A DNA stretch of 63,872 nucleotides, the filler included, from Kipferlia bialata (taxonomy: Eukaryota): NCBI GenBank assembly GCA_003568945.1. It is 4 parts of 4 records of this genome, joined end to end, with 100 filler letters (N's around TTAATTAATTAA, not from the genome) between each part and the next. Parts side by side here need not be neighbours in the genome. Positions count along the whole stretch, not along the records: positions 1 to 20,605 come from BDIP01000368.1; positions 20,706 to 41,256 come from BDIP01000370.1; 2 more parts are not named here. One strand, given 5' to 3'. A model generated the notes under the pieces. The model had not been told where the DNA came from. It did not search any database and was given only the letters and a program-made list of their open reading frames with translations. Below are positions 13,601 through 26,700 of this stretch, piece by piece; position 1 is the first letter of the stretch, and each line of letters opens with the position of its first letter. Made by a program: the position numbers and the translations under genes.

Positions 13601-16600
13601 GCAGGGGGTGACTATGTCTCTATACTATATATACTACATACACTATGTATACTCATGCACTCATTCAATGAGTCATTGTGTTCACAAATAGGTATTACCA
13701 CATACTATAGTTAAGAGTATGACTAAATGTGCCGTAAATGACAAATTTGCCATGCCTCTATATGTATATTCAGAAATATCTCTGCGTTATTTCTCCATCT
13801 CTCTTCCTCTCTCTCTCCCACCCCAGGCTCCACTGGTAAGCCCAAGCCCGCCCTCCTGACACACCGTGGTATCCTGTGCCAGGTACGCTATCTCTCTCCC
13901 TCTCTCAATATGTCAGTGTGGTAGATACTTTCATGTGTACACACATACAAACACCCCAGTTCCTGTCACTTGTATGTGTATTATTCTCTCTCCCTCCCCC
14001 TCACCCCAGTCCCTCTCCCTGGCATGCATGTTCGGAGTGACCCAGCAGGACAGGTGTGTGTAATATATTGAATTATATATGCATTGAGAGAGAATGTATC
14101 CCTCACCCCAGGATTCTGGCCAACCTCCCCCCCTCCCACGTCGGTTGCCTCTGTGAGGTCCTCGGACTATGTACGTTGTGTGACATACTGTACTCACCTA
14201 AGTACCCTTGCGTTCACCTATATACTGTTACCAGATTGGTATGTTCATCAGCATTATGACCTCTATCCTAGTTGCCTACTGCGGCAACTCCCTCTCTCTC
14301 TCTCTCTCTTACCCCCTCTCCCTTTCTCAGTGCGTATATACAAGAGCATGTATTCTCACCCGAGCTGCCTACTGTAGCAACTCCATGTGTGGACTCTTCT
14401 CTCTCTATATGTATTGTGTGTGAATAGCATGAATTCAACTGTCTCCTCACCCCAGCTGCCTACTGCGGCAACTCCATGGTTGTGCTGCACATGTTCACAC
14501 CGGAGGGGTCCCTGGAGGCCATCCAGAAGCACAAGGTAATTAATATGAATATATGTGTACTATATATATAGCATAGAGTATGTATATGCATACATATCTA
14601 TATGTATACATGTTCACACCCGAGGGATCACTCGAGGCTATCGAGAAGCACAAGGTATGGTGTATATGTGTGTTGATATATGTGAACTGATACATACTCA
14701 TACATATGTGTTTGATTCCTGATTTATCATTCCAACCCCAGGTGACTGCCCTTGGCCAGATCCCTGCCCTGTACAGGATGGAGTGGAGGCACAAGGACTA
14801 TGCTCAGGTGTGTATATGTATAGTGTATGCACATATATATACCCCCAGACCGACCTCTCCTCCATGACATGTGTATATGTATGTATCTATATGCATATGT
14901 GTGTGTCTCCTATATGCCCTCACCCTCCAGACCGACATCTCTTCCATGCGGTTTGCTGTCCACGGTGGGTCCATGGTGGATGCACAGTTCATCGATGACC
15001 TGAGGTAGGGTTGTGTATAGATATTTGTACAGATATTAGTGTGAGTATGTTGACTCTCTGTATGTGTATATATGCACACACACTCTCTCACCCCCAGGGC
15101 CATGGCCCCCGAGGCCAGCACCTCTGTCTCTCTCTCACTATACACACATATATATTTACAAATGTAGTTCTGTTTAGTGCTGCCTTACCCCCCAGGGCCA
15201 TGGCCCCCGAGGCTGGCATCTCTTTCTCTCTTTCTCTCTATTCATATATATAAGTGTTTATGTTTAGTGCTGCCTTACCCCCCAGGGCCATGGCCCCCGA
15301 GGCTGGCACTGGCCTGGGTCTGACCGAGACATCAGGCTTCTGCACATACACACCCACAAAGGGGACAGCAGAGGAGCTGGCAGCATCTGTCGGTACGGGT
15401 ATTCTTTTGGATATGTAGATATATGCATGTATACATATATATCGTTTTACCCTCACCCCAGGCCACGCCTCCCCCATGCTGGCCATGTCCATCAGGACAC
15501 CCCTGTCCACAGAGGGCACATCCACAGAGGTCATGGGTGGAGAGGTAGGGGGTGTATATATGTGTTTGGAAATGTATACGTCAACTGACATATTATCCAC
15601 AATACCAATGTTTCAATACATATCTAGGTACCCACCCCCACCTCCAGATCGGCGAGGTGTGCTTCAAGGGCCCCCAGGTCTTTGCCGGGTACTACAAGGC
15701 AGAGGCTGAGACACTCAAGTGCATGTCCAACGACGGCTGGCTCCACACAGGTATATATGGATAGATATATTTGTGTATATATATAGGGAGAGAGAGGCAG
15801 ATACTATTAGTATATATTATATATTTAAGTGCATGTTCAAGGACGGCTGGCTCCACACAGGTGTACATAGAAATTTATCCCCATCTATATATATATATCT
15901 ATATATTTCCGGACACCTGTTGCTCTCTCTCTTTCTCTCTCGGTATGTGTCACCTTCTCTACCTCTCATCCCTGGACTACGTTGGCTCAATAGCCCCCGA
16001 TGCATGTTTCTCTCTGGCTCTCCCTCTCTCTCGCATATTTCATATATATCCTATTTCTATTATACTTAACCATATTACCCCAGGTGACCTAGGCACCATC
16101 GCCCCCGATGGCCTCCACCTCAAGGGCAGGTCCAAGTTTGTGGTCAGGCAGAAGGGGTACCAGGTACTGTTATTGTCAGATACAGAACACAGAGTATACT
16201 TTATCTTGTGAATGTGTGTATATGTATATGTATATGTGTCTGTATGTGGTCAGGCAGAAGGGGTACCAGGTATTGACAGTATATGTATTATATGGGATGG
16301 TACATTAAGTATATCACATATATTATGCACAGTGTAGTGTTTGTGGTCAGGCAGAAGGGGTACCAGGTACTGTTATTATCAGATACAGTATACTCAGGGT
16401 AGTATATGTATATTTGTTTGTGTATGTGTGTGTGTATGATACTGGATAATAGTGTGGCCCTCCCATGTCATGTGTGTAGTGTGTATCCCTCTCCCTCTTC
16501 ACCCCCAGGTGTACCCCCCCGAGATCGAGGACTTTGTCACAAAGAGAGTGCCAGAGGTATGGTGTGCATATCTACATACATAGAAACTGGTACTGATACA

Positions 16601-17291
16601 AATTTACATTGGATATATACATATGACATTGTCACAAAGAAAGTGCCCGAAGTATGTATGCATACATGGATATACACATACACCCCTATGTAGCAATGCT
16701 CCATTATATATGTGTAGATCCCCTCACCCCCCAGGTTGCCCAGGCCGTTGTGGTCGGGTCCAAGCACGCAGTGTATGGCGAGGGCATTGTGCTGTTTGTG
16801 GAGGCAGAGGGACACGCAGAGGCAGAGGCTGAGGGTGATGCCGACTACTGTGAGGGGGTGGTCAAGGCAGTGCATGCAGTGTGCAAGGTGTGTGGTGTAT
16901 ATAGTATATGTGTAGTGTATATATATATATATAGTATTATAGAGTATTTTTTTTACATTATATGTGAATTTTCCCTACCCCCCAGGAGATGGCTGCCTAC
17001 AAGAGAGATGTACATGGTAGATGGGTATATATATATATTATTGGTATATATATATACATATCATATATATATATATATATGCCTCTTATCTATCAGGAGA
17101 TGGCTGCCTACAAGCGGCCCCTCCACGTTGTCGTGCATGGCGGCCCTGGGTCCCTGCCCCTGAACAGGGTGTCCAAGATAGACAGGAAGGCACTCACGGC
17201 CCAGGTGAGTGGTGTATGTACACTATGATACTAATGCACACTGGGTTTTGTACAGTTTGTGCTACCTTTACTCACTCACTCTCTCTCTCAC

Positions 17292-17328
<37 letters not shown>

Positions 17329-17416
17329 GCACTCTCTCCCCCCCCCTCATGTGTCTGACCCCCAGGGTGAGGATGTGGTCCAGACCCTGAGGACTGAGGG
17401 AGGGTGGGACGCTTAA
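10664..17416 (+). CDS. Acyl-CoA synthetase / AMP-binding (class I adenylate-forming) enzyme with N-terminal membrane anchor; about 26 exons
   Basis: Hand-spliced exons start at ~10664, 10778, 11331, 11460, 11708, 11940, 12224, 12541, 12755, 13061, 13316, 13454, 13827, 14010, 14112, 14456, 14742, 14931, 15286, 15462, 15648, 16084, 16509, 16735, 17097 and 17366. They give MHEILIFLLTAIVCYAVWRFF, IVFTTG|STGKPKP (P-loop), GLGLTET, GEVCFKGPQVFAGYY, DGWLHTG|DLG, GRSKFVVRQKGYQ|VYPPEIE, PLNRVSKIDR and a stop at 17416. Confidence 0.9.
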
Positions 17417-17752
17417 GTGCCCAGAGACAAGAGGTTGACAGAGAGAGAGAGAGAGAGAGAGAGTGAGAGAATGGCTGGAAGATCAAGACACCTGCACTCT
17501 CTAAGTGATACTATACATATAACTATACCCCTATACCTGGGCTGTGCCCTTGTCCATAGGTGTCCACAGGTGCCATTGGACTAGGGACACAGTCGTCATA
17601 ATAGACAGTGCTCTGAGGGTGCATTGTCATTGATCTGGCTCCTGTACTTTCACATCAAGATTATCGTGCGCTACCATCATACTGTATACCATGACCCTTT
17701 CTCTATATGCTGATGAAGACTGGGCCGTATGGTACAAGATATCCTTTCATCT

Positions 17753-20430
17753 CTATTTGAGGCCCAATCTAACGGATATCTCTTCATATGCCTCCAGTAG
17801 CTCAGTCTTGATACCGCTGTATAGTTTGCTGAATATCCTAATGTACTCCTCCCCACTGCACGTGGGTGTACCTCCAAACTCCTCGGAGGCCTCAGTGTAC
17901 TTGTTCCACACGTCCTAGGGGTGAAAAGCTCCTATGTAAAGAGTACTCACAATATCTGTATTGATATAGGCACCTATTATGTACTGTATTATACATCTAA
18001 GGGCAAATGGGTGGATATCACACAAGTCGAGACCTGCGTCCCTACCTCTGTGAATAGGCCTGCCTCCATGGCCTGGCGACACAGTGCACTTCTCTCCTCC
18101 CTGCGATAAGGTGGGAAAGGTGGAAGCCTTCCACTGGAAGGGTAAGTGTATCGGGCAAGACAGGAGAGAGGGGGGGGGGGTCACACAAAGAGAGAAGGGG
18201 GGGGGGAGGGCGTCACACAGAGTAATATATGGAATCCCAGGAAGACCAACTACACTAGAAGACCTAACTCTCAGTGTGTATATATCATGTCATGTGTATG
18301 TAGCACTGCTATTCACCGACCTAGATAAGTCTGTCATCAGTGCAACCCCCTCCATCTTCCTATAGTGACACCATGCCACTTGGTCCTCTGTATGGTCTTC
18401 AAACTGGGTACAGGCGAAGATACTGGGGTGAGACAAGAGACCCATCTCGAAGAGAGACAACTGCGCATACAAATTGACATAACTAGAGTATAGTAATAGT
18501 CTCGGTATTGATAACGCATATGCAGTAGAACACGGACTATATTGCATCCGATACAGAGAAACTTTCCAATACCAGTTAACCACAATGTTTTGATGATGAA
18601 GTAGAGTGATATTCAAGCTAGGGCATAAGATGAGCTATACAACACCCACCCCTGTGCTATCTTGTAGTGATAGTATGTGTGCAGCTCCTCCTCAGTGAAC
18701 ACCCGGGGGTCCCACAGGGGGTCATATGCATCACACTCTACGTGTGTAGGGATCATACCCCATATAATGGTCACTAGAGAAGGGTGCCTAAAGTCGGATA
18801 GGGAATCGGATATTCCGGTGCTGGCCACACACTTCTCCGAGGGTTCTATCATACCGTGTACGGTACAAGAGCCAGAGATACGTTGAGTTTGATGTATATC
18901 AGTGTCTTATATAGAGAGAAAGGGTGTATCGTATACAATCTAGAGACAAGCACCGTTTCTGACTGTCAGCCTTAATGTAGGTGACACTCCTCGGTTATGA
19001 CTGTACATAGTGTCACCAGTCTCTGCCATATACATAAGGCTCAATATTCCAAGTAATACAGGATTTAGTAATGAAGTAAATCCTGGAAACACACTTCATA
19101 ATACTCTTCCTCCTCGTTCTAGTCTAGAACCCATGTGCAACAATTTCCCAGCTAGTTCTTCTAGTCACAACATCCATCTTGCCTCTGGGCCTCTCTCCTT
19201 CTCCTCATCTCTGCCATCCTCTCATGAAACCTCAGACGTCTAGCCTCTATCTCAGGCCGTTTAGCCTCGAGTTCGGCGGTTATCGCCTCACTCTGTCTCT
19301 GAAGTGCACGGGTTCTGTCCCTACACGCCTCTGTCTTGTGCTGCTGCTCCTCTATCCACTGATTTTGAATCTGACAGAGCTTCGCAGCCTCTGCCTGCAC
19401 TGACTCCACCAGTGCCGCCATGTCTCTCTCAGCCTGTGCCTTAGTGTCTACCAGTCCTTGTCTCAGTTGTATGACCTCTGCTTCAAGACTAGCCTTTGCA
19501 CAAGTACACTCCTCTAGCTGGGCTGTAAGGCTGGCCTCTCTCTCTCTCCCTAACCTCTCTCTCTCCCTCCCTCTGGCAATCTCTGCCATCAGTGAGTCCA
19601 GGACGTCATCCATTTCCCTCCTAGCACGCTGTCTGTACTCTTGTACCCGTTGCTCAAGAGCTGTCAGGTCAGAGAGGTATGAGAGGTTATGTGCAATATA
19701 CACACATATATATGCACATATGAACATATCCTGTTTTAGCAGGGCAACAACAACTATATCAACAAGTACTTTCATACAGGTAGTGCATGTGACATGCACA
19801 GAATGAAGCGGATACACAACGAAGAATGTATAATGATACAGAGCTATACTTTATATATTGGCCAATAGCTGTCGAGTCAGAGAGGTATAAGAGCAAACAG
19901 AAATACACATACATACATATAATGAACATATCCCGTTCAAGCAGAGCCAAATATCAATGATCGCAATCTGAAGTGTATGTGACATGTACGCATTGAAGTG
20001 GATACACAACGAAGAATGTAAATATAGAGCTAGAAGTATACATGTCAAGTGGCGTAAACCTATGCACTCGGTATCATACTATGAAAAGGGACATACACAT
20101 TGTATACATGTCGCCCACCTGACGTAGGTCCTGAACCCTGAGAGTCATCAGTCACATCATCCATGTGTGGCTGTGTGTGTAGTGGAGTGGCGTCTGCCTC
20201 TGACACCCCCAGCCCATCAGTACCATCAGCACCAGATGACATAACAGGAGACATGCCCTGGCCTAGAGTAAGCAGTCTGGGGATATATACCTATAACTAT
20301 ACATATATATATATATATACTCTGACCCTGGAGGAGACATGTGGTGGCCTATAGTAAGCAGTCTGGGGATATATATATACTATACTATACTATATATATA
20401 TACTCTGACCCAGGAGGAGACATATGGTGG
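17753..20430 (-). CDS. Putative multi-exon protein with a central coiled coil, function unknown
   Basis: Coiled-coil ORF 19161-19817 (LEQRVQEYRQRARREMDD...) plus further exons at ~18852-18645, ~18460-18325 and ~18133-17995. A terminal exon follows the acceptor cttttcacccctag (17914) and reads DVWNKYTEASEEF...VRLGLK to a stop at 17753. Could be more than one gene. Confidence 0.45.
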
Positions 20431-20605
20431 CCTGAGGTGAGAAGAATGGGGTGAAGGATGCCAGGAATACACAAGAGAGAGGTTAAGAACCTGTTCAACA
20501 CAAAAAAGGTGGAGGATTGAAGTGTATATATATATAGTATGCGAGATCCCGAGTGAGATGGGAAGGGGGGGGGGGGGGGGGGGATTTTTCCCCCCCTCTA
20601 AAAAA

Positions 20606-20705
20606 NNNNNNNNNNNNNNNNNNNNNNNNNNNNNNNNNNNNNNNNNNNNTTAATTAATTAANNNNNNNNNNNNNNNNNNNNNNNNNNNNNNNNNNNNNNN
20701 NNNNN
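20606..20705. other. Artificial scaffold-joining linker (44 N + TTAATTAATTAA + 44 N)
   Basis: TTAATTAATTAA at 20650-20661 puts stops in all six frames. The same 100-bp layout recurs at 41257 and 61809. Confidence 0.95.
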
Positions 20706-23700
20706 CTCTGTGTGATGTTGACTCTGAGTACTCTCTCTTGGGAGAGACAGTCTGTACCACGTGCCCTGCTGGCTACTCTTGCTCCAATGCCGCTGCACCA
20801 TCTCTCTGTCTGGCGGGTACATTCTCCGCCTTGGGAGACATGACCTGTGATAATTGCTCCGCAGGTAGCTACTGTCCCATCGGATCCTCTCTTGAGACCG
20901 CCTGTCTGACTGGATACTGGTCTGCATCCAATGCCGATGCGTGCACTGTATGTGCTGCTGGTAAATACTGTTCCGACAGTGCCGTTTCTGGCGACTGTCT
21001 CGCCACCCAATACTCTCTGGAGGGTGAGTCTGACTGTACCATCTGTCCAGCCGGATACTCCTGCTCTGACCTTGCTGTCCCTGTCCTCTGCAGTGCCGGA
21101 GAGTACTCGGCCGCTGGTGAGCTCACATGCACCGAGTGTGGCATCAACACCTACTGCGAGGCTGGTGCTGCGGCTGAGACGTCCTGTCCCGATGGCCAGA
21201 TGTCGGCTGCCGGGTCTGGATCATGCACACAGTGCGGGAATGGAAACATCTTCGACACTGACACTGGAACCTGTATCGGCTGTGTCTCTGGTACCTACTC
21301 GATTGATGGCATCGAGTGTCACGTGTGTCCTGCCAACTACTACTGTCCTGACACTGATGCCACTACCACCATCATATGCGAGGCTGGTACATGGGCCACA
21401 GGTGGATTTTCTGCCTGCACTGAGTGTGAGGAGGGTTTCAGCTGCCCTGCCTCAGTGAGTGACACTGGCGTCCCTGTTGCCTGTGGTGACGGGTACTACA
21501 GTGACGCCAAGGCCACCTCCTGCATCCAGTGTGAGGCAGGGTATGCCTGTCCCTCCCCAGGCAAGGCCTCCGATAGGTATGCCTGTGGAGACTCCCCTGG
21601 GCCTGTTGGATCATGGTCCCATGCTGGGTCTATGGAGTGCACACAGTGCGTGGCTGGTGAGAAGCTTGACTCCGCTAGCACTGGGTGCGAGGACTGCCCA
21701 GCTGGTTTCTACACGAAGCTGGACGGTCAGCTCGAATGCATAGAGTGCGCTGCAGGATATGAGTGTCCCAACATCGACGGCACTGGTATTCTTGAGTGCA
21801 CTGAGGGTAGCTACTCGCTGGCTGGTGCCACTGCCTGTACATCCTGCCCTGCCAACAGCTACTGTCCAGATAAGGGTCTAGCCACTGTCACTACCTGTGC
21901 CGCAGGTACATGGGCCACTGGGGGATTCTCTGCCTGCACAGAGTGTGAGGAGGGATTCTACTGCCCCGTCTCTGTTAGCACTACTGGTGTGCCTCTCGAG
22001 TGCCCGACTGGGTGGTACTCTGGCCCCAATGCCACTGCCTGCACTGAGTGTGAGGCCGGATATGCCTGTCCCTCTGGTAAGGAGTCTGAGAAATACGCCT
22101 GTGACAGTGACGATGGCCCTGTTGGCTCTTGGTCCACACAAGGAAGTACCGAGTGTACTCTCTGTGTTGCTGGTGAGTACCTGGCCTCTGACAACACCGG
22201 TTGCCACAGCTGTTCGCCCGGAGAGTACACCAGCACAGATGGAGCCCTAGAGTGCATATCCTGTCCCATTGGCTTCGCCTGTCCCAACGTTGACGGGTCT
22301 GAGAACGTGGAGTGTCCATCTGGTAGTTACACCCTTGGCGGAGAGACTGCCTGCAACGACTGTCTGGCTGGATACTCCTGTGACAGTAACAAGACCACCG
22401 GTACTGCGTGTGAGGATGGCTACTACTCCCTAGGTGGGGAGGCCCTCTGCACCTTGTGCCCTGCTGGGTACTACTGTGACCAGCCAGATGAGGAGCCTAC
22501 CCTATGTGCCGATGGGTACTACTCGGCTGGGGGCACCGACACCTGCCACGAGTGCCCAGCTGGATCAAGGTGTCCTGATCCCTCTGGATCCCCTATCGAG
22601 TGCACAAGTGGATACTATTCCTCTGCTGGCTCCGTCTACTGCACCGAGTGCGATGGCGGATACTTCTGCGGAAACGGAGAGGTTACTGCTACCCCCGCGG
22701 CCGGTATATGCCCTAAGGGGTCCTACTGCCCAGCAGGTAGCAAGGTGTCCTACCTATGCCCTGCCGGTAAGCTTGGTAGCTCCACTCACCTTGCCTCCAT
22801 AGATGAGTGCACAGACTGTCCTGCCTCATACTACTGCCCTGCTGGTACCACGGACGCCACCCCTCAGACATGCGAGCCTGGATACTACTGTCCCGAGGGC
22901 ACCAGATATGCCTCTGAGTTCCCTTGCTACTTAGACTCTTCCAGGTTGGCTACATACTCCACCTCAAGCGGCCTGTCCTCACAGGACCAGTGTACGCTAT
23001 GTCCTGCTGGCAAGTACTGCCCCCGTGGTCAGTCCGACCTCTCCTCCTTCGACTGTCCCACTGGGTACTACTGCCCAGAGGGCACATACTCCTACGCCAC
23101 ATTCCCTTGCCCAGCTGGTACTTATCGAGATACAACAGGTGCCGAGAGCTCAGATGAGTGTTCCACTTGTACCATTGGCCACTACTGTCCTATTGGCTCT
23201 ACCACTGCTACAGAGTGTCCTGCCGGCCGTTACAACCCCTCCACCGGTGGTGTCTCTGTTGCGTCCTGTCTTCTCTGTACCGAGGGCCACTCCTGTGACA
23301 GCGCTGGTCTCAGTGCTGTAACAGATGATTGTGCCGCTGGCCACTACTGCCCCGCTGGCACTGCTGGATCCACCAGCCACCCTTGCCCAGCAGGCACCTA
23401 CACGACGTCTGTGTCTCTGACTGGGCGTGATCAGTGTACCATATGCCCTGGCAAGTATGGATGTCCCGAGGGCTCTGCGGACTACTCTCTCTCTTGCGCC
23501 GCTGGACACTACTGTCCCGAGGGGTCCCCCAATGACCACTACTTCCCCTGCCCTGCTGGTACCTACTACGATGGTATTGGGGATAGCCTCGAGGCAGCCT
23601 CTGAGTGCACGCCTTGCACTGCAGGGTACTACTGCCCCACTGGGTCTACAGCTGTGACCGAGGAGTGTCCAGCTGGGTACTACTGCGAGGAGGGCACAAC

Positions 23701-26700
23701 CTACAACTTCGAGACCCCCTGTGCTGCCGGTACCTTCAGGTCTACGCGTATGGGTCTCTCCCAGGATGACTGCTCTGACTGCACCTCTGGACACTACTGT
23801 CCTAAGGGGTCCAGTGAGGAGGTACCCTGCCGCGATGGTTACTACACGTCAGTCTCCAACACCTATGGGTCCATGGGTGGTGCAGTGGGTGAGACCTGCC
23901 AGGAGTGTGAGGCCGGGTACAAGTGTGTGTCACCATGCACTACCCCCGTTGCCTGTCCTGTCGGGTACTACTCTGCCGCCGGGTCCTCCCAGTGCATGCT
24001 CTGTGAGGCAGGCCACTACTGCTCCTCCGAGGGCACCACACAGTCTGCTATGACTGCCGCCACCTGTGCCGCTGGCTACTACTGTCCCGAGGGCACAGAT
24101 CACGCCCCAGCTGTCGCTGACCTCTGCTCCACCGGACACTACTGTCTGGCTGCCACTGAGCTGGAGGAGCCCTGTCCTGCAGGCAGATACCGCGACGCTG
24201 TGGGTGCCACTATGCTCACTGAGTGTGCCCTCTGTCCAGCAGGTGACTACTGTGCCGGTGGGGGTGCTGCTGTGAGCGGACTCTGTGCAGCCGGTCACTA
24301 CTGTCCCGAGGGCTCTCACGGACCTACTCAGAAGCTCTGTCCTGCTGGTACCTACAACCCTAGCACGAGTGGAGAGAGTCTGGACGACTGTGAGTCATGT
24401 CCTGCTGGCAGCTACTGTGCAGCAGGGTGTGACACACCCGTGATATGCACCATGGGATACTACTGCCCACTTGGCACTGCCACTCCCATCCCCTGCCCTA
24501 TTGGCACCATTGGTATCGCTGAGGGATACAATCTAGTGGAGCAGTGCGACGCCTGTGACGCTGGGTACTTCTGTGATGGTCTCGGCCGCACTACTGCTAA
24601 GGGTCTCTGTGACGCTGGATACTACTGCACAGGAGGCGCATACACATCTGCTCCTCCTAACGACGAGACAGGTGGAGTGTGTCCCGCTGGTGGATACTGT
24701 GGAGTGGGTTCGGCCTCTAAGGAGTACTGCCTTGCCGGTACATACAACCCCACCACCGGTGCCAGTAGCGAGGATGACTGTATATCTTGCCCTGGCGGCC
24801 AGTACTGTGAGGGTAACGACTCCTCAGAGACCACTGGCGAGTGTCTGGCTGGCTACTACTGCGACGGAGGTGCCAGCACAAGCACACAACACGAGGCACA
24901 GGCTGGGTACTACGCCCCTGCTGGTAGCAGTAGTCAGTTCCCGTGCCTCCCCGGTACATACAATGCCCTGGCACACCAGGAGTCCTGCACTGAGTGTCCA
25001 GAGGGGTCATACTGTGAGGACTCGACCATGGATGCATACGTGTCCTGTCCCGCTGGACACTACTGTCCTGCTGGCACCATCGTCCCCAAGTCCTGTCCCT
25101 CTGGTACATTCCGTGCCGATGAGGGTGGTGTATCAATTGATGACTGCACCTCATGCACTGCCGGTATGGCATGTACTACGTCTGGCCTCTCTGCCCCTGA
25201 CGCTACGTGCCTTGCCGGGTACTACTGCAAGGGCGGGGCTCAGGTCCGTGACCCAATCGGGCTATCGGATACCCAGGGTGATATTTGCCCTGCTGGTTCG
25301 TACTGCGAGGCTCAGAGTGAGACACACACCCCATGCTCCCCTGGGTACTGGTCGTCCACTCTTGGCAACACTTCCGTCAGTGACTGTAGTCTCTGTGCAG
25401 GTAGCAAGTACTGCCCCAACAGTGGCATGAGCAGCCTGGAAGGGTTCGACTGCGATGGTGGATACTACTGTGTGAGTGGTGCCATTGTGGCTACCCCTAC
25501 TGACGGCACCACTGGAGACAAGTGTCCTCTCGGAGAGTACTGTCCAGCTGGGTCTAGTGCCTCCATCCCATGTCCTGCCGGTACTGTTTGTGCCTCCCAG
25601 GGTCTGTCTTCCCCTGTCACATGCAGTGCTGGCAACTACTGCCCATACAACTCCCAGACAGAGACCCCCTGCCCGGCTGGCAAGTACTGTCCTGCTGGAA
25701 CCAGCAGTGAGATCCCCCTGTGTCCCATCGGCACATATTCTGCTGACCTCTCCCTCTCTGATGAGTCTCAGTGCACTCAGTGCGACGGTGGTCACTACTG
25801 TCCCTCTGCTGGTCTCACTGAGTCTGGGCCCAGCTGTACCGAGGGCTACTACTGTACCTCAGGGTGTAGCTCTGCGCTTGGCTCTGGTCCTGCTGACTCT
25901 GTCGGTGGCATCTGTCCCAGCGGTCACTACTGCCCTGCCGGTATTAGCTCTGCCCAGAAGTGCCCTGCTGGTACATACCGCTCCAATGTCGGTGGTGTAT
26001 CCGCTGAGACTAGCTGCATTGCGTGCGATGCTGGATACTACTGTCCCGATGAGGGTATGGACGCCATGGACGAGTCCTACCTCTGTAACGTGGGCTTCTA
26101 CTGCTCTGGAGGTGCCTCGGTTGGCAACCCCAGTGACGCCTCTGGTGGCAGCTGTGCCGCAGGAGAGCGCTGTCCTCTTGGCTCATCTGCACCCATAGCG
26201 TGCTCTGCAGGCACCTACCAGAAGCTCGCAGAGCAGGGTGTGTGCCTGGACTGTGTGGCTGGTTACTACTGTCCCGATGGGGCCGAAGACTATGAGAGCA
26301 CACCTTGCAATGCAGGATACTACTGTCCCGTTGGCACCACCTCTGCTGTTGAGTTCCCCTGTTCGCCTGGTACATACTCTGCCGGTACCATGATGACCAG
26401 CTCTGACGACTGCGATGCATGTGACACTGGCCACTACTGTGTGGGTTATGCCCAGACAGTCATGACCGGTACTTGCACAGCTGGGTACTACTGCAGTGGA
26501 GGTGCCACCACCGCAACACCCGCTACTGAGACCGAGGGAGGAGGTCGTTGCGGTCCTGGATACTACTGCCCAGCTGGTATAGCCACTCCTACCATCTGCC
26601 CCGCTGGTAAGTACTGCCCCACCTCTGGCCTCTCTGCTGCCACTCTGGACTGTGTTGCAGGCAGCCTCTGCATAGAGGGCGCCTCTGTCTCCTCCCCCAC

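Noticed and set aside
6794..17416. Lipase and acyl-CoA synthetase as a lipid-utilisation gene cluster
   Set aside because: Only two genes, separated by an unrelated opposite-strand gene. Proximity could be chance and cannot be tested from this window.
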